This document shows positions 59,370 to 64,000 of a stretch of DNA of 64,000 nucleotides, in pieces. Origin of the DNA: Candidatus Latescibacterota bacterium (GTDB lineage: Bacteria; Latescibacterota; UBA2968; UBA8231); the NCBI GenBank assembly GCA_964291625.2, contig OZ220089.1, forward strand, positions 3,936,001 to 4,000,000, in the 5' to 3' direction. The notes beneath the pieces were generated by a model. It was given only the letters and a program-made list of their open reading frames with translations. It had not been told where the DNA came from and did no database searches. The translations under genes and the position numbers were made by a program. Position 1 is the stretch's first letter. Each line of letters opens with the position of its first letter.

Positions 59370-59850
59370 ATGCGCCTGCCCGCCGGGAAGCTCAGAGTTC
59401 CTGCCGTCTGTCTGATCCTGTGTCTTGTGCTGGGCGGCGCCCTGCGCTTCGTCGGCCTGACCCGCGGGGACAGCTCCTTCGTCCCGGCGGGGCCAGACCG
59501 CGCCGCGGGCGAGGACGCCTTCTACCACTTCCATCCCGATGAGACCACGCTGGTCCAGACCGCCCTGAGACCGGTCGACCCCTTTTCTCCCGAGCTCACC
59601 AGCTACGGCCTGCTGCCTGTCCATCTGCTTCGCGGGGTCCTGGAGTTCAACCGGATCGTCCTCGGCCGTGACTACGAGGATCAGGACTCGACGGAATCGG
59701 TCCGGTATGTCTACCTGACCGCGCGCACCCTGGCGGCCCTGGTCTCCTGTCTGACCCTTGGCCTGGTCTGGCTGCTGGCTCACCGCTGGTTCGGTGAGGT
59801 GCCCGCACTGCTCGCCGCCGTGGTGGTCGCCGTGGCCCCCCTGGTTACCA
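59370..59850 (+). pseudogene. Truncated membrane glycosyltransferase (GT39/PMT-like) N-terminus
   Basis: ALRF..L, FHPDE, YG.LP, AR.LAAL TM segments; membrane-protein character ends abruptly at ~59850. Confidence 0.6.
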
Positions 59851-60366
59851 GTGGGACAACCGATCCTCCAGAGCGACGAACCGTTCCTCCTCAATGTGTC
59901 CGAGGAGCCCATGTGAAGTGCCGCCCCACAGACGCCCTGTCCGGTCCGTGCACAGCCCTGTAACGATCTCGCGATCGTCCCCGGCGAGTTCGGCGATCAC
60001 CAGGGATTCCGAGCCCGCCCCCTTTGGGAACCTTGCCTGCCGCGTCGCCGACCCAGAGCGTTCCCTGCCGGTCCACCTCCATTGCGCAGACCGCAGGCCC
60101 GTCGTCATCGGGCGGATCCTGTCCTCTTCATGGCAGGCGATCCCTTTGCCGGTGCCGAACCGTGAGAGAGGGAAGGCCGTCCGACAGCTGGAAGTTCTCG
60201 AAGGCCTCCCCGTCGAACCGGCTCACCCCGCCGCCGGCCGTGGCGATCCAGAGCAGGCCTCGCCGGTCCTGGTGGACGTCCTCGATCAGCATGCCGGCCA
60301 AGCCGTCCTGGAGGTGTACTGGCGGGCGCCGGTGTAGCCGAAGGGTGTGGTTCCTCTCGGCTTCAT
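59845..60366 (-). pseudogene. Frameshifted remnant of a two-component regulator propeller (Reg_prop) sensor
   Basis: Minus strand reads QDGLAGMLIEDVHQDRRGLLWIATAGGGVSRFDG...SDGLP, DRQGTLWVG, DRTGRLWGGTSHGL in different frames. Confidence 0.7.
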
Positions 60367-60554
60367 GGGCAATGCTCGCTATCCCCGTGGCGGTGGTGGA
60401 GGCCGATCCTCCCGGTCGAGGCGGAAACCTCCAGCCGCCTGCCCGAGCCCCACGCTATGTAATCAGGGTGGACCTGCAGAGTGGATCAAGGACTCGCTCC
60501 GAATCAAGGCCCATCTCTCGACCTTGGCCTGACACAGGCCTCTCGCGCACCTGA

Positions 60555-60977
60555 ATGGACCGGGGCAGAGGAGTCTCCAAAAAAACAACAGGAGGGATAC
60601 GGACAATTCGTTTGAGCTTACAATCCGAAGATCCTGTTGGCCATCAGTCACTTACGGTTGCTTTCCCGTATTCATACGTTCATACCGTACGACCTATCGG
60701 ATTTTCCGGGTATCGCCAGTCGCGGCCAAGTGTCAAGTTCCTCTTTGCTTTTCGGCAGTGAGAGCCCTCTATTTCTAAAGTCATGAGGGCGGCCTGTTAC
60801 GTGCAGGGTGAATCCAGTCGAAGCGATGGAACGTCATCATCTGGGGACTCATCGTCAGATTCTGACGAGACGTACGTTGAGATTTCGTTCTACGATGCCG
60901 CCCGGGGTAGATTCCCTGACTCATCTACGGTCATTTCCAACGCGTCCTCCTGGGGAGAATTCAAGAGCGGAGAGTAA
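60555..60977 (+). pseudogene. Decayed paralog of the 61315-62133 gene
   Basis: Ends YVEISFYDAARGRFPDS...SSWGEFK, homologous to YVEISYWDAIWGRFPDS...SSWGSVK; in-frame TGA at 60759. Confidence 0.65.
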
Positions 60978-60980
60978 CTC

Positions 60981-61290
60981 GTGAATCGCTCGCCTATTCT
61001 CCCTGCGTTTGTCTTGCTGTTGTGCTCCATTCCAGTCTACGGAAGTGCGAACATCACATGGGTTGACAACACAAAATGTCTACGTCGTGCTCATCAGTTT
61101 CCAGGACACATCTCCCCATGGATGGGACGACGGCAGTCCCACCAACACAGCCTATGCTGTTGGAGGATTTCGAGCGGCTCTTTGGAGCTGACGACGCTAC
61201 AGGATTCGGCCCCGACGATCCCCAGCACGTAGCAGGATCGGGAGAGGGCCCACAGGACCTTCCCGAGGTCTACGGTAGTATCCACTTCGA
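60981..61290 (+). pseudogene. Frameshifted N-terminal fragment of a secreted protein, possibly M6-type metalloprotease
   Basis: Signal peptide then VYVVLISFQD and EDFERLF...EVYGS in shifted frames. Confidence 0.4.
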
Positions 61291-61314
61291 CGCCCCTGGA
61301 AGGGGGCGCCCAAC

Positions 61315-62133
61315 ATGCCTACTCGAATCCTCTTCTTGGTTGCTTTGGTGGCCACGCCCGCCCTGTCCGAGACCAGTCCCCTGCAAGTCTCAGACTTCCT
61401 GCCTTTGAGTGTAGGAAACTCCTGGACATATAACTACCGCTACTACGACGGCAGGCCCACCCGCCCTGAGCCACTGGTCCATTACCAGGAAGTGACGATT
61501 TCGATTCTGCGAACCGAGGTCATCGACGGGCACACGTACTTTGTGTTCTCCGGTATTCCAGATGGAGTTCCCGTAGCCCCTGTTCATTCCATCGCCGACA
61601 AGAAGCTGCGATGGAAAGGAAACAATCTCATGCAGCACGATGGGGTGTCCGAGTACTCCATCTATCGCTTTCAGGACATCCCGACGCCGGTCCCTCCGCA
61701 GTCCCATGCCATGACTGAGAGGGAGCACTATGTGCTTGACCCAACCAAGGCGCACGGCGACACCCTTGGGACCGTGACTACGTCCATATCCCAGAGGGCC
61801 GCCGAGGCCATCTTTATCTTCTATGGACACACTGACCCGATCACACCCGAGGCAAAGGCAGAAAGAGGGGGGAGTTTCTTGAGAAACTTCGGCATGGTGG
61901 AGTGCGGTGATGCGGTCTACACTTCCCCTCACTACCTGGACGCAGATACTCACCTTACGTCCATCAGCGCTCGCCTGCTTGTCGAGGGAACCACGAATGG
62001 CGAGAGTGGCCCGCGCGACGGCGCGTATGTGGAGATCTCCTACTGGGACGCGATCTGGGGTAGATTCCCGGACTCTAGGACAGACTCGAACAGCTCCTCC
62101 TGGGGCAGCGTGAAGGCGGGAGCTTCCCGATGA
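61315..62133 (+). CDS. Secreted hypothetical protein with C-terminal SWGxxK motif
   Basis: Signal peptide, FLPLSVGNSWTY, EVIDGHTYF, terminal SSWGSVK. Confidence 0.75.
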   Translation: MPTRILFLVALVATPALSETSPLQVSDFLPLSVGNSWTYNYRYYDGRPTRPEPLVHYQEVTISILRTEVIDGHTYFVFSGIPDGVPVAPVHSIADKKLRWKGNNLMQHDGVSEYSIYRFQDIPTPVPPQSHAMTEREHYVLDPTKAHGDTLGTVTTSISQRAAEAIFIFYGHTDPITPEAKAERGGSFLRNFGMVECGDAVYTSPHYLDADTHLTSISARLLVEGTTNGESGPRDGAYVEISYWDAIWGRFPDSRTDSNSSSWGSVKAGASR

Positions 62134-62727
62134 ATCGCTTGCCTACCGCCTGTCTGGCCGTTCTGCGTGCGCCGCGACACGGACGAGGGCTGCCAGGAAT
62201 ATGTGGCCCGCCTGGCCGAAGCATCCGGCGTCGAGACTCTGACCCGTCAGGACCGGGTTCCAGGTGGACAAGAGAGTGGCTGAAGAAGGGCTCGAAGGCG
62301 GACTGGGAGCACCCGCTCGATCCCGAGGCCAGGTCACGAGGATGGCCGACGGGCGCTCGCGGCTGGGAGGGTAAGCCCCCCTTTGTGCAGCAGCGGACGA
62401 GGCGAGGGTGCAGCCCCGGATGAGAGCGTCCTCCTGGTTTGTGGGAGGGTCTGTCGGCCGGCCCGTGATTCTCGTCGCGTTGGTCGGTTCGGCTGCCGGG
62501 CAAGAGGCCCGGGAGGTGACCCTGTACACACAAGCCGCACGTTACGAGAAAGGCGTGCATGTATGCGGAAAGGGGTGTTGGAATGTTGTAGGGGAGGAGT
62601 CCCCAACACTCGGCAGGAGAGCTTTTGACAAGCAGAGCAGCCGCCGTCCATCTGTTCCTGTGCGCGGGCAGGCAGAAGCAGGACCTGCCACTGGAGCCGC
62701 GTGGCGCAGCTGGAAAGGAGTGGTCCG

Positions 62728-64000
62728 ATGAGGACGTTCGCCCTGGGATGCCTGGAGGGGCTGATGCTGAGCGTGGAGGCCGGGGCCGAGTCCTGGGTCC
62801 GGGGCCGTGTGCGGTTGGCCTCGGGCGAGGCCGCGGCCGGAGTGCAGGTGATGCTCTTCGATGGTAGCCGCCTGGGCCGCCCGGCGCGCACCGTCACCGA
62901 TGAGGCCGGCCACTTCTCCCTGACCCGGGAGGCGATGGAGCAGGCCGCGTCGCGGCCTTCCCGCCCGGAGCTGGGCCCGAACTACCCCAATCCCTTCAAT
63001 CCTTCCACGATCCTGCCGTATCGGCTGCCGACCCGGGCCCGTGTCCGGCTGGATGTGTTCAACCTCCTGGGGCAGCGACTGTCCACCCTGGTGGACGAGG
63101 TAAAGCCGGCCGGCTCTCACACCGCGGCCTGGGACGGCCGGGACGGCTCGGGGCGGGCCCTGTCGGCGGGAGTCTACCTCTACCGGCTGACCGCCGGCGA
63201 GGTGCGCCGGACCCGTTCCATGGTGCTGCTCGACGGGGCGGCGGCCGGGGGTGCGGGTTCCCCCCCCTCCACGGATTGGGTGCCGCCGCGGGAGGAGCCT
63301 CAGGTCTACGGACTTGTCGTCTCGGGCCCGGGGCTGGTCCCGTACGTGGATCCGGGCTTCCGGGTGGGGGCGGGCGGCGCCTTCGTCGATGTCTCCCTGG
63401 AAGCCTCGGGCAGCGCCCCCCGGGCCAAGGCGGCCTCCGGCGGGGCCGGGCGGCTGGGCGATGTGGACAACAACGGCACCGTCGACCGCACCGACGCGCT
63501 CCTGGTGCTGCTGTACAGCCTGATGCCTTCCATCGTGCTGCCCAACGACGGCGATGTCTCCCTGGGCGACGTCAACCGGGACGGCCGGGTCGATGGGGCC
63601 GACGCCCAGCTCATCGAGGCCTACAGCGCCGATCCCTCCGACCCGGACCTGCCCCCAGGAATCGGGGCACCGGCGGGCATGGGTACCGGCGCCCGGAAGC
63701 TGTACTGGACGGATGCCGGCAGCGACCGGATCCAGCGCTCCGACCTCGACGGCTCCGGGGTCGAAGACGTCATCGACATCGGCTTGGTCACGCCGAGAGG
63801 CCTGGCTGTGGACCAACCCGGGGGCAAGCTCTACTGGACCGACTACGGCAGCGACCGGATTCAGCGGGCCGACCTCGACGGCTCCGGGATCGAAGAGATA
63901 ATCGCCACCGGCCTGGAGATCCCGCTGGCCGTGGCCGTCGATCCGTCAGCCGGCAAGATCTACTGGAGCGACAACGGTACGGACAAGATCCAGCGGGCCA
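62728..64000 (+). CDS. Secreted protein with FlgD-Ig, dockerin-like and YWTD (LDL-receptor class B) repeats; runs off window
   Basis: ATG 62728 after AAGGAG; NYPNPFNPST...WDGRD...GVYLYRL; GDVDNNGTVD/GDVNRDGRVD; KLYWTD...IQRSDLDGS repeats. Confidence 0.85.
   Translation, partial: MRTFALGCLEGLMLSVEAGAESWVRGRVRLASGEAAAGVQVMLFDGSRLGRPARTVTDEAGHFSLTREAMEQAASRPSRPELGPNYPNPFNPSTILPYRLPTRARVRLDVFNLLGQRLSTLVDEVKPAGSHTAAWDGRDGSGRALSAGVYLYRLTAGEVRRTRSMVLLDGAAAGGAGSPPSTDWVPPREEPQVYGLVVSGPGLVPYVDPGFRVGAGGAFVDVSLEASGSAPRAKAASGGAGRLGDVDNNGTVDRTDALLVLLYSLMPSIVLPNDGDVSLGDVNRDGRVDGADAQLIEAYSADPSDPDLPPGIGAPAGMGTGARKLYWTDAGSDRIQRSDLDGSGVEDVIDIGLVTPRGLAVDQPGGKLYWTDYGSDRIQRADLDGSGIEEIIATGLEIPLAVAVDPSAGKIYWSDNGTDKIQRA

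Noticed and set aside
62560-62700. Possible structured RNA leader (GTGTTGG...CCAACAC stem)
   Set aside because: Single short stem with no recognisable riboswitch consensus; would need an Rfam/Infernal search

Overview
GC-rich bacterial window with many secreted repeat proteins (WD40, LRR+PD40, YWTD, FlgD-Ig/dockerin, C-terminal 'SWGxxK' motif), plus an ankyrin protein, PhyH dioxygenases, a sialidase and DUF2961. That gene set suggests a Latescibacterota/Gemmatimonadota-like, possibly sponge-associated organism (inference only). Positions ~1.0-18.0 kb form a defence island: MNT-HEPN toxin-antitoxin pair, AAA_14/DUF4143 ATPase, NACHT-type NTPase with a C-terminal PD-(D/E)xK-like domain, a type IIG (Eco57I-like) restriction-modification gene, a HEPN-like gene, a large SIR2 protein and a PIN pair. 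The ends of the RM gene recur as direct repeats (5' end twice, 3' end three times), and each extra copy borders different cargo, like a cassette array with no integrase. At 30.1-33.6 kb a translationally coupled operon encodes an ECF sigma factor, a membrane anti-sigma factor and a secreted caspase; anti-sigma and caspase share an R-x-K-G-G motif, suggesting protease-triggered signalling. The rest is metabolic and transport genes, three paralogous LRR-PD40 lipoproteins and several pseudogenes. No rRNA, tRNA, CRISPR array or transposase was recognised. All family calls are from motif recognition by eye, not database searches.
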